Positions 9,731-19,287 of a stretch of DNA of 64,000 nt are shown here, in pieces. Every line of letters begins with the position of its first letter. The stretch's first letter is position 1. The DNA is from Spirochaetia bacterium (lineage in GTDB: Bacteria; Spirochaetota; Spirochaetia; SP-2023). The notes below the pieces were generated by a model. That model was not told the DNA's origin, ran no database searches, and was given only the letters and a program-made list of their open reading frames with translations. The position numbers were made by a program, and so were the translations under genes. The stretch is taken from the NCBI GenBank assembly GCA_965263295.1, contig OZ253665.1, forward strand, positions 1,696,001 to 1,760,000. The letters run 5' to 3'.

Positions 9731-10942
9731 CCGTGCCTTTCGTGGTACCCCTCAGAGTCCCGGGCCAAGTAACCACGAAAAATACTAAAAAATACGAAAA
9801 ACACCAAAAAGACGAAAAAAAATCGCCCCACCCCGCCTGAACGCCTCCTGCAGCTCCCGTCGCTCTTTTCTTGCTTTTTCCTGCCACCCACAGCTCATCT
9901 GCCTAAATTTCGTGACCTTTCGCAGTCTTCGTGCCTTTCGTGGTTCCCATCGTCCTTTTCTCCTGCCTCCCGTCGCGTCTTTTTTTAGCCTTTCCCCTGC
10001 TACCCACAGCTCCCCTGCCTAACTTTCGTGACCTTTCGCCACCTTTCGTGTAATTTCGTGGTTCCCCCTCAGAGTCCCGCGCCAAGTAACCACGAAAAAC
10101 ACTAAAAAAAATACGAAAAAAATCGCCCCACCCCGCCTGAACGCCTCCTGCAGCTCCCGTCGCTCTTTTCTTGCTTTTTCCTGCCACCCACAGCTCATCT
10201 GCCTAAATTTCTTGACCTTTCGCAGTCTTCGTGCCTTTCGTGGTTCCCCTCTGAGTCCGGGCCAAGTAACCACGAAAAACACTAAAAAAAATACGAAAAA
10301 CACTAAAAAGGCGAAAAAAATCGCCCCACCGCCTGAACGCCTCCTGCAGCTCCCGTCGCTCTTTTCTTGCTTTTTCCTGCCACCCACAGCTCATCTGCCT
10401 AAATTTCTTGACCTTTCGCAGTCTTCGTGCCTTTCGTGGTTCACATCGTCCTTTTTCCTGCCTCCCGTCGCGTCCTTTTTAGCCTTTCCCCTGCTACCCA
10501 CAGCCCCCCATATGCCATCCACAGCTCCCCTGCCTAACTTTCGTGACCTTTCGCCACCTTTCGTGTAATTTCGTGGTTCCCCCTCAGAGTCCCGGGCCAA
10601 GTAACCACGAAAAACACTAAAAAAAATACGAAAAAAATCGCCCCACCCCGCCTGAATGCCTCCTGCAGCTCCCGTCGCTCTTTTCTTGCTTTTTCCTGCC
10701 ACCCACAGCTCATCTGCCTAAATTTCGTGACCTTTCGCAGTCTTCGTGCCTTTCGTGGTTCCCATCGTCCTTTTCTCCTGCCTCCCGTCGCGTCCTTTTT
10801 TAGCCTTTCCCCTGCTACCCACAGCTCCCCTGCCTAACTTTCGTGACCTTTCGCCACCTTTCGTGTAATTTCGTGGTTCCCCCTCAGAGTCCCGGGCCAA
10901 GTAACCACGAAAAATACTAAAAAATACGAAAAACACCAAAAA
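9731..10942. repeat. Non-coding composite tandem array of palindromic units (A ~180-200 bp x4, B ~120-140 bp x3, hairpin core x5)
   Basis: GCCAAGT-AACCACGAAAAA with AACC at 9771, 10088, 10268, 10603, 10903; inverted arm TTTCGTGGT about 8 times; near-identical interiors; no unique spacers. Confidence 0.92.
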
Positions 10943-11173
10943 TTTATGAAAGTTGCAAAGCCGGCCTTCCGCCGTGCATTTCTTCAATAATGCGGCCGAT
11001 AAAACTTTCTGGCTCTGGCGCTTTGTCCACATGGCATGATTTTTTATTGCTTAAAATAAAATCTGCCGTAGATTTTCTCTGGCAAGAATGTCAAGGTTCT
11101 ATTGGGTTGAAAATTCTGCAAGGTTCTAGAATAATAGCACCACAACAGCTCAAAGTTCGGAACAAAGTGCAAA

Positions 11174-12070
11174 ATGAACGAAAATTATGTAGATTACCTG
11201 CGCTCTCAGGCGCATCGTCCCCTGGTTGTCGCCGGCAGTGGCCCCTCGTTAAAAGCAATCGACTACCACCGCTTCCCGCAAGATCCTGTGATATTTCGTG
11301 CCAATTGGTTCTTTCTGGAAGACAAACGGTATCTGGGCACCAACAGAGTCGATGCTTGGGTAACAAATGCCTATGCAGATAAGCTGAGCATATCCGCCTT
11401 CCTGATGCTGCGCGATGGCCACTACAGTATTGGGCTGAACCTTTCCTATTTCCCCGTTCCTTACGGGCCGTTGCGCAGGCTGATAACAAAAGAACCACTC
11501 TTACACTTGATGTATAAAGAATTTCCTGCGGTAGAAAAACAACGCCGCGATTCTGGCTTAAACCCGACTGCCGGCATTGGTCTCATATTCCTGGGAGCGC
11601 TCCTGGGCTTCCGCAGCATCTACCTGGCCGGCATGGACTTCTACCAGAGTACAGAGCGCTATGCTTTTTCGGCCCCAGATCCCCGCTGGCGTCAAAAAAA
11701 TTGGCAAACAGGGTACACAAAATTCCACAGCCTAGAAAACGAATTAAAATGCCTGGAATTGCTGCGACAAGAAGTTCCAGAGCTGCAGATTATGGCTCTC
11801 TGCCCCACATCATTTGCCGCCACGGTTTTTCCCCTCGCCCCGGTCCTCGACAATGGCAAAATGCTGGAATTGCCGGATAATTCTTTTCGACGAGAAGATT
11901 ATGAGGCGCAAGTAAAGAGACGGCTCGCATTGCAGCGTTGCAAGAACATACCATTGAAAATTTTGAAGATGTCAAGGAGAATTGCCAGGGGGCTGCTGCC
12001 ATACGGGTTTGTGCGCTTCGTGCAGAAACGCCGACAGGCCAGCTTGCAATCAGAACGAAACCATAATTGA
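11174..12070 (+). CDS. GT42 (Cst-I/Cst-II/Lic3-like) sialyltransferase or other nonulosonate transferase
   Basis: VAGSGPSLKAIDY, FRANWFFLEDKRYLG, TAG..., LGFRSIYLAGMDFYQ, YAF, FHS (catalytic His position), LCPTS...LAP are all colinear with Campylobacter Cst-II as I recall it. Confidence 0.88.
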   Translation: MNENYVDYLRSQAHRPLVVAGSGPSLKAIDYHRFPQDPVIFRANWFFLEDKRYLGTNRVDAWVTNAYADKLSISAFLMLRDGHYSIGLNLSYFPVPYGPLRRLITKEPLLHLMYKEFPAVEKQRRDSGLNPTAGIGLIFLGALLGFRSIYLAGMDFYQSTERYAFSAPDPRWRQKNWQTGYTKFHSLENELKCLELLRQEVPELQIMALCPTSFAATVFPLAPVLDNGKMLELPDNSFRREDYEAQVKRRLALQRCKNIPLKILKMSRRIARGLLPYGFVRFVQKRRQASLQSERNHN

Positions 12071-12224
12071 GCAATATTTGTATTTTAAAATACGCAAGGC
12101 ATCCAGACCTCCAATATGTGCCGCCGAGCTTGCCATTTGAGCAGATTGCAAATAATATAGGGGGCTTACTTGGCCTGTGCCAAGCCTGCGCAAGACCTCT
12201 ATTAATTAAAAAAAGGTGATATTC

Positions 12225-13313
12225 ATGCCCAAAATCAGTTTGATCATTCCCGTCTACAATGTCGAGCTCTACCTGCGCGAATGCCTCGACAGCGCCGTGG
12301 GGCAGACTCTACAAGACATTGAAATCATTATCGTCAACGATGCCTCGCCAGACAATTCGCGACAAATCATCGCCGACTACGCGGCCCGGGATGCCAGAAT
12401 TGTCGCCCTGACCCATGAGCACAATCGGGGCTTGGGTGCGGCGCGCAATACCGGGCTGGAGCGCAGCTGCGGTGAATACATCATGTTTCTTGACAGCGAT
12501 GATACTATGGAACCTAATAGCTGTGAATTATTGTATCGCAAGATTTGTGAGCACCAGGCCGATATAGTTATTGGTGGCATTAGAAACATAGATGAAGACT
12601 CCAGACCAACCGGGAAATTTGATGTGGTTGCCAAGAGCAAGATTCCTGAAGAATCATTCGACAGCCAAGGCGCCATGAAATTATATTTCAATAGGCAGAT
12701 CGGGAATGGAGTATGGAGCAAGATTTATAAGGCAGAGTTGTGGCAAAGAAGCCACTTACGTTTTCACCCCAATAAACTACTGGAGGACAGCTATATTATT
12801 CTTGATACTTTGGCATTGTCTAAAAAAATTATAAAAATGAATACTGTTCTCTTTAATTATAGACAACGAAGAGGTTCTATAATGCAGAGCCCTATAAAAA
12901 AAGAATTCATTGATGGTTGGTTAAAAACTCTTGGCTATCAGAAAGAATTTCTAGCGACAAAAAAAGAATATCAGGATTTGCAAGTTTTATTTAATAGCAC
13001 AAGCCTAAATCCCACCAACAGCCAATCTTCGCTGAGAAGACTATATAAAAGGATATGTTTGCATCCGTACAAATACAAATCTATTGTAATAAAGAGTGCC
13101 TTACCGGACCCTTTATTCTTGCAGTATTGGCAGGAGAGTGCAGCCCAATATAATCTGCAACGAGAATGTTGTGAGACGATCGCAAGTGCCTTCAACGATT
13201 TACTGCGTGATGCATACTCAGACAAAACCCTTCTAAAACTACTTGGCCAGAAAATATTTATATATCAATTATACAAATATATAAAACAAAAAATTGACGC
13301 GAAATCAGTATAG
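12225..13313 (+). CDS. Family 2 glycosyltransferase
   Basis: MPKISLIIPVYNVE.YL.ECLDS, VNDASPD, GLGAARNTG, FLDSDD, ED acceptor motif; AGGTGA RBS before ATG 12225. Confidence 0.93.
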   Translation: MPKISLIIPVYNVELYLRECLDSAVGQTLQDIEIIIVNDASPDNSRQIIADYAARDARIVALTHEHNRGLGAARNTGLERSCGEYIMFLDSDDTMEPNSCELLYRKICEHQADIVIGGIRNIDEDSRPTGKFDVVAKSKIPEESFDSQGAMKLYFNRQIGNGVWSKIYKAELWQRSHLRFHPNKLLEDSYIILDTLALSKKIIKMNTVLFNYRQRRGSIMQSPIKKEFIDGWLKTLGYQKEFLATKKEYQDLQVLFNSTSLNPTNSQSSLRRLYKRICLHPYKYKSIVIKSALPDPLFLQYWQESAAQYNLQRECCETIASAFNDLLRDAYSDKTLLKLLGQKIFIYQLYKYIKQKIDAKSV

Positions 13314-13326
13314 CCCCAGAGTAAGC

Positions 13327-14325
13327 ATGAAAACCCTGCTCAAAAGAATCTTGCCCAAGAGCCTTTGGAAACTTCTACAATCCAATAAGCGCCAGTTGTA
13401 TAATGCAGTAAGTCTTTTATCAAGGCTGTTACACACGATTCGAGATGGATATGCTCAGCCTGTTGTCGCCAATGACTTCTGCGCGAATTACAAACTGGAT
13501 GACCCGCACCAATACGCCTTTGCCTTTCACTACTTTGCCTATCGCTACCGCGTCAGATGGTTTGACAGCCAAATCCTACCCTTGTGCTGGCTCAGGTTTC
13601 TGGTAAAACATAAAGATATTCCACAGGTGGCCGATTACAGCGAAAAATCGGGAGTATTCAGAAAGATCCTGCGCTGCAGTAACATCGCCCTGCTGGCCAT
13701 CCCAGAGCACGTCGATCAGGATACCCCAATTGGCTCAAAAGATAATATCCGACGCAGAAAAAGATGTATCGAAAAAGGATATACGGTAAGGCCTATTGAA
13801 TACGACGAGCACTTCAATGATATTTATGCGATCAACACTTCGGCCGCGGAACGCTGTGGTAAGCCAATAAGAAAATACTACCGCCAATATCCCGCAAAGC
13901 GTTCGCGGAAAATGGCACAGCTAGGTATAGATTTCCGCACCTTCGGCTGCTTTAAAGACGATACCCTGGTGGCCTATGCCTCACTTATCCGTTACGGCAA
14001 CTTCTTCATCATGGATAGATTTCTCGGCCACAAGCAACACTTGCAATCTGGCGTCACTAGTTTGCTGTTTTTCCGCATCGTAGAAATCCTATCCAACGCG
14101 CTACAGCCGGGATACTATATTCATTATGATGACATGCGAGAGAGCTCACTGGCAGCATTCAAGCGGCGTCTGGGATTCATCTCTTCCAATCTGCTCCTGC
14201 CCACGCCGCCTGGCTTTATTGCCGCAGCCAGAAAGCTGAGTTATGAGCAGTTGACTGGAGAATGGGTAGATCGCTACCTGGAAACACTGGATTTGCAGGC
14301 GAGCTTAAACTACAGTCCTGAGTAA
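13327..14325 (+). CDS. Hypothetical protein, GNAT/Fem-like fold suspected; paralog 1 of 3
   Basis: Long ORF homologous to the two following ORFs; R..RK...KGYTVRP, FGCF.DDTLVAY, LGHK.HL..G, L..FKRRLGF. Confidence 0.75.
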   Translation: MKTLLKRILPKSLWKLLQSNKRQLYNAVSLLSRLLHTIRDGYAQPVVANDFCANYKLDDPHQYAFAFHYFAYRYRVRWFDSQILPLCWLRFLVKHKDIPQVADYSEKSGVFRKILRCSNIALLAIPEHVDQDTPIGSKDNIRRRKRCIEKGYTVRPIEYDEHFNDIYAINTSAAERCGKPIRKYYRQYPAKRSRKMAQLGIDFRTFGCFKDDTLVAYASLIRYGNFFIMDRFLGHKQHLQSGVTSLLFFRIVEILSNALQPGYYIHYDDMRESSLAAFKRRLGFISSNLLLPTPPGFIAAARKLSYEQLTGEWVDRYLETLDLQASLNYSPE

Positions 14326-14446
14326 CCCCTTTTGATAATCCGTTGTAACAGCTCCATGGCAAGAAACTACGCTAAATAATCCAATACTTTTCTAAACTCT
14401 AATATGTATTATAATTTACATATCATTTGGAAATATAAAAGCCCTC

Positions 14447-15427
14447 ATGAAAACCTTCACGAGAACCCTGCTCAAAAGAATCCTGCCTGAGGGCATCGTC
14501 TCAATCCTCAAGCTCTACAAAGGGCAATTGCAAGGACAATGGCGCACGCTACATCGGGGCTATTCTCAGCCCGTTGTCGCGAATGACTTTTTGCGCAATT
14601 ACGACCTGAACCAGTCGCATCAATATGCCTTCGCCCTGTTTTATTTTGCCTATCACTACCGCGTCGCGCGCGGCCATTTTGTCCCCTTGTGCCTGCTGAG
14701 ATTTCTGATAAAACAGCAGGATATCCCGCAAGTGGCCGATTGCGATGCAAAATCGGGAGCATTCAGGAAAATTCTGCGCTGCAGCAGCATGGCCCTGCTC
14801 GCCATTCCAGAACATGTCGATCAAGGTACCCAAATTGGCGCGAAGGTTAATACGAGGAACAGGAAAAAGGCCGAGAAAAAAAACTATACGGTCAGGCCAA
14901 TTGAGTACGACGAGCACCTCGATGAAATTTATACAATCAATACCTCGGCAGAGGAACGCGGCGGCAAGCCGATGAAAGAGGTCTACCGCCAATATCCCGC
15001 AAAGCGTTCGCAAAAGTTGGCACAACTGGGCATAGAGTTTTACGCCTTTGGCTGTTTTCAGGCCGAGACTTTGGTGGCCTATGCTACGTTCATTCGCTAC
15101 GGCGCAATTTTTCAAATAGACAAAGTCCTCGGTCACAAGCAACACCTGCGCTCGGGCATCATGAATCTATTGTTTTTCCGCGCCATGGAAATTCTGTCGC
15201 ACTCGCATACCGGACATTACCTGGCTTACCTGATGATCAGGGAAAACACCCTGGGGGAATTCAAGCGGCGCCTGGGTTTCCGCCCCTGCAATTTACTGCT
15301 GCCCGTGCCGCCCGGCTTTGTTGCCGCAGCTAGAAAGTTGCATCCAGAACAACTGACTGGCGACTGGGAACAGCGCTACCTGGAGACGCTGGATTCGCCA
15401 GCGAGTTCAGGCTACAGTTCCGAATGA
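14447..15427 (+). CDS. Hypothetical protein, GNAT/Fem-like fold suspected; paralog 2 of 3
   Basis: Colinear paralog; RNRKKAEKKNYTVRP, LGEFKRRLGF. Confidence 0.75.
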   Translation: MKTFTRTLLKRILPEGIVSILKLYKGQLQGQWRTLHRGYSQPVVANDFLRNYDLNQSHQYAFALFYFAYHYRVARGHFVPLCLLRFLIKQQDIPQVADCDAKSGAFRKILRCSSMALLAIPEHVDQGTQIGAKVNTRNRKKAEKKNYTVRPIEYDEHLDEIYTINTSAEERGGKPMKEVYRQYPAKRSQKLAQLGIEFYAFGCFQAETLVAYATFIRYGAIFQIDKVLGHKQHLRSGIMNLLFFRAMEILSHSHTGHYLAYLMIRENTLGEFKRRLGFRPCNLLLPVPPGFVAAARKLHPEQLTGDWEQRYLETLDSPASSGYSSE

Positions 15428-15532
15428 CCCCGTTTCATGCCGCTTTATGAGCCGTTCTAACGATTCCGTGGGTTGAAAATTACGCGAAATATCTCAGAAT
15501 CTCTATAAATTGGGAGCCAACATACAAGCCTT

Positions 15533-16516
15533 ATGAAAACCCTGCTCAAAAAAATCCTGCCCAGGAGCCTTTTCAGATTTCTCCAACTCTATAAGCGCCA
15601 GTTATATCGGTTAGGAAGGCCGTTACGCACGATTCGCCAGGGCTATGCCCAGCCCGTTGTCGCGAATGACTTCTGCGCAAATTACGACCTGAACGACCCG
15701 CACCAGTATGCATTTGCTTTCCGCTACTTTGCCTATCACTACCGCGTCAGATGGTTTGACAGCCAAATCCTGCCTTGGCGCTGGCTCCGATTTCTGGTAA
15801 AAAACAAAGATATTCCGCCGGTGGCCAATTACAACGAAAATTCAGGAGCGTTCAGGAAGGTCTTGCGCTGTAGCAGCATGGCCCTGCTGGCCATTCCGCA
15901 CAATGTGGATCAAGATACCAAAATCGGCGCGAAGGTTAATATCAGAAACAAGAAAAAAGCCGAGAAAATAAACTATACGGTCAGGCCCATTGAATACGAT
16001 GAGCACCTTGATGATATTTACAAGATCAATACCTCGGCCCCAGAGCGCGGCGGCAGGCCGATGAGTGAGGAATACCACAGATACCCCGTAGAATATTCCC
16101 GAAGAATGGCACAGCTGGGCATAGAGTTTTACGCCTTCGGCTGTTTTCAGGCCGAGACTCTGGTGGCCTATCTTACGTTCATTCGCTATGGCACAATCTT
16201 TCAGGTCGACAAAGTCCTCGGCCACAAGCAGCACCTGTACTGTGGCATCATGAATTTGTTGTTTTTCCGCGCTATAGAGATTCTGTCGCGCTCGCACGCC
16301 GGGTATTATCTGCATTATTATACCATCAACGCCACCTCATTGGGACAATTCAAGCGGCACCTGGGGTTCCGCCCCTGCAATCTGCTGTTGCCCGCGCCGC
16401 CCGGTTTTATTGCCGCAGCCAAAAAACTGCGCCCTGAGCAGTTGATCGACAATTGGACCGAGCGCTACCTGGAAACGCTGGATTTGCAAGCGAGTTTAAA
16501 CCGCAGTTTCAAATGA
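15533..16516 (+). CDS. Hypothetical protein, GNAT/Fem-like fold suspected; paralog 3 of 3
   Basis: Colinear paralog; N-terminus resembles copy 1, central and C-terminal part resembles copy 2. Confidence 0.75.
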   Translation: MKTLLKKILPRSLFRFLQLYKRQLYRLGRPLRTIRQGYAQPVVANDFCANYDLNDPHQYAFAFRYFAYHYRVRWFDSQILPWRWLRFLVKNKDIPPVANYNENSGAFRKVLRCSSMALLAIPHNVDQDTKIGAKVNIRNKKKAEKINYTVRPIEYDEHLDDIYKINTSAPERGGRPMSEEYHRYPVEYSRRMAQLGIEFYAFGCFQAETLVAYLTFIRYGTIFQVDKVLGHKQHLYCGIMNLLFFRAIEILSRSHAGYYLHYYTINATSLGQFKRHLGFRPCNLLLPAPPGFIAAAKKLRPEQLIDNWTERYLETLDLQASLNRSFK

Positions 16517-16666
16517 CCCCCTTTTCTTTTTATAGTGGCCCCTGTCATACTGCGGTAACGTCTCCATATGCCCCCCCCCCGCAACTGCGCTACGAAGTTC
16601 CCATCCGCCAAACATATTTTGATCAGCATATTGCGATCATCTCGGCCCTGGCCAGTGGCCGGCCGG

Positions 16667-18430
16667 TCAATCCTGCGGCAGGATTTCTTCCTCCGGGCCT
16701 TGATACTGGACTTCGTCCCGGTGCGTTTCTGTCGTAAAAAAGCGATCGGGCGCGTCGTCGCCGTAGAGCCGGTGCAGCTCGTTGTAAAAACTTTTGCGCA
16801 GGCTGGAAATCGCGAGCAAAATGATGATGGCAAAGGGCAGGGCCGTGACAATCAGGCCGGCTTGCATGGACTTGACGGCAAATAGGGGCACATCCTCGGC
16901 ACCGCCCAGCAACAAGATAATGGCAATCAGACCTTCGAGGAAAGCCCAGAAAACCTTTTGGGCAACCGGCACATGCAGCTTGCCGCCAGCCGCCATTAAA
17001 TCGACCACCATTGAGCCTGAATCCGAAGAGGTGATAAAAAAGATGCCCGAAACAAAAATGGTGATTATTGAAGTGAATTTGACGAGCATCAAAGCGGTTG
17101 GGCTGTCCATATTCAGGCCAGCGATCTGCGGCAGGCCTTGCAACATCAAGTAGAAGGATGAAGCGCTATCGGGATTAGGGCCTGAAAATACGTCGACAAT
17201 CCCGTGCAGCCCCTCCCACATGGCCACGCTGCCCGCAGTGTTCATAAAGAAGAGACAAGCCAGGCTGGGAGCAAACATTATGCCGATGGCCATTTCGCGA
17301 ATCGTGCGCCCAAACGAAATCCGGGCAATAAAAGTACTGACAAAGGGCGTCCAGGAAATCCACCAGCCCCAGTAGAACAGGGTCCAGCCGCTCTGCCACG
17401 AGCTTTGTCCATCCGACCAGAATTTACTGTCATAGCTTTCGGTCCAGAAACTCAACGGCAGCAGCTGTTGGAGGTAGAGGCCAATATTTTCGATAAAACT
17501 GCTGAAGACAAATGAACTTGGCCCCATGATCAGGATGATCAGCAGCAGTATCCCCGCCATAATAATATTGACATTGCTGAGAAACTGGATACCTCTGCGC
17601 AGACCGGTGACAACCGAAGCCGTCGCAATCAGAGTAACAATGGCAATAATAGAAATATTCAGGCCGCGCGTATTTTCTATGGCGGGAAAAACGATATGGA
17701 TACCCGCGGCAACCATATCGGCACCGATGCCGAGCCCAATCACCAGACCGAACAAAGTCGCCACCATGGCAAAAATATCGATGAGATGGCCGGGCCACCG
17801 GAAGATTTTGTCCTTGAGGATGGGGTAGAAAACAGAACGTATGCTGAGCGGCAGCTTGCGGTTGTAGGCAAAGAAGGCCAGGGCAATCGCAAACAGGGCA
17901 TACAAGGCCCAAGGGTTTATGCCCCAGTGATAGAATGTGGTCAGCATGGCGTTCTGATGCACTTTCAGCGAACTGCTGTCTACCTCGCGCCAAAATGGCG
18001 GCGGATTGACCGAATGAGTCATGGGTTCGTACACGCCAAAAAATAACACGCCGCTACCCATGCCACAGCACAGCAGCATTGCCAGCCAGGGGAGCGTCTT
18101 GAATTCGGGGCGCGCCATCTCACCGCCGATCCGAATCTCGCCGTACTTGCTGAAGGCGAAATACAGCAACGCAATTAAAATGACATCGAAAGTCAGGATA
18201 TAAAACCAACCCAGATTTCTATTGATCCAGTCGAGTGCAACAGTAAATAATTTTATGGAAGCTACTGGCCAGCCGATGGTATATGTCAACAGGGCCGAAA
18301 CCAGGACCAGCACAGCCAGAGTCACAGGGCCATGGATATCCAGAAATTTGTTGCTCCAGTTCTGTGCGTGCAAAATATCGCGTTTATGACTGAGGTCATA
18401 TTTATCCGATTTTTTCTTTATTTTTCCCAT
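16667..18430 (-). CDS. BCCT family betaine/choline/carnitine transporter
   Basis: WLAMLL.CGMGSG.LFFGV.EP, TFYHWG..PWALY, WTLFYWGWWISWTPFV..FIARIS.GRTIRE, FFITSSDSG; about 12 TM segments. Confidence 0.93.
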   Translation of the reverse strand: MGKIKKKSDKYDLSHKRDILHAQNWSNKFLDIHGPVTLAVLVLVSALLTYTIGWPVASIKLFTVALDWINRNLGWFYILTFDVILIALLYFAFSKYGEIRIGGEMARPEFKTLPWLAMLLCCGMGSGVLFFGVYEPMTHSVNPPPFWREVDSSSLKVHQNAMLTTFYHWGINPWALYALFAIALAFFAYNRKLPLSIRSVFYPILKDKIFRWPGHLIDIFAMVATLFGLVIGLGIGADMVAAGIHIVFPAIENTRGLNISIIAIVTLIATASVVTGLRRGIQFLSNVNIIMAGILLLIILIMGPSSFVFSSFIENIGLYLQQLLPLSFWTESYDSKFWSDGQSSWQSGWTLFYWGWWISWTPFVSTFIARISFGRTIREMAIGIMFAPSLACLFFMNTAGSVAMWEGLHGIVDVFSGPNPDSASSFYLMLQGLPQIAGLNMDSPTALMLVKFTSIITIFVSGIFFITSSDSGSMVVDLMAAGGKLHVPVAQKVFWAFLEGLIAIILLLGGAEDVPLFAVKSMQAGLIVTALPFAIIILLAISSLRKSFYNELHRLYGDDAPDRFFTTETHRDEVQYQGPEEEILPQD

Positions 18431-19287
18431 CAGGAAAACTCCATTTCATTAATAAATGCCCCACAATTTTGTTTGTTGGAAGCTGCGAGATATAGAAATA
18501 CATCGCAAAGCATGAGGCTGGCTCATTGCCAAAATTGCCGGCAAGAGGATTTGCTAATCTTTTTTTGTATGCTGTTAGGGCTCTATTGGCGCCGCTATGT
18601 ATCGGGAGTAGGACTTCCCTGGCGTCGTTCTTTCACTTTTTGAAAAGTAAAAATGGCAGAATGCAGTAAAGCGGGAACGATATTGGTTGCTTTCATTAAA
18701 AATGCTCTGTTGTATTTACCGGACTGCGACACAGAAAAATTTACAGACAAGCATTAGAAATTGGCAAACCTGAAATTGTGCACAGCTCATCCCGGCAAGA
18801 CAAATAATAAAAACGGGACAAATTACAACGCTGTAAAAATAATTATCAAATATGAACTAATTTTGTCAAGAGCATTTGACAGTATTTTTTATGTGCGATT
18901 TCTTGAATTAAAATATCTTATTTTACGTTTAAAAATAATTTATGACATAATTCAATATTCTAGATATTCTTGTTACAAATTATCTCGAATATAAAAACTG
19001 ATAAATTATTTTTGCCGATATTTAAAATACTTTTATTCCATACTTATCTTAAAGAAAATATTGCTCAATGGTCTCATTAAAACATTAAACCAATAATTTC
19101 AGTTTTTATAAGCAGCTACGTTTACCTAGAGTTCTACAAAAAATTCTGCCGGGGATATTGAAAACATCGAAAATATTCGAAATTCTGACCAAGGATGCCC
19201 CCTATCAAAAACCAGGCATACTAACTATAGTGACTTGCGCCACAGCGATATCGTTCAGTCCGATATCGTTCAATCAAGGAGCAATGT

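Noticed and set aside
9731..10942. CRISPR array
   Set aside because: Intervening sequences are themselves repeated, periods are 180-335 bp, there are no unique spacers and no cas genes
9625..11032. Short ORFs in the repeat array (MGGRKKQEK..., MAGKSKKR...)
   Set aside because: By-products of the repeat; frames switch with homopolymer length differences between copies
16571..16580. C10 homopolymer as a phase-variation switch
   Set aside because: Lies between convergent stop codons, not in a CDS or promoter
18760..19160. Replication origin
   Set aside because: AT-rich, but no convincing TTATCCACA boxes and no dnaA/dnaN context
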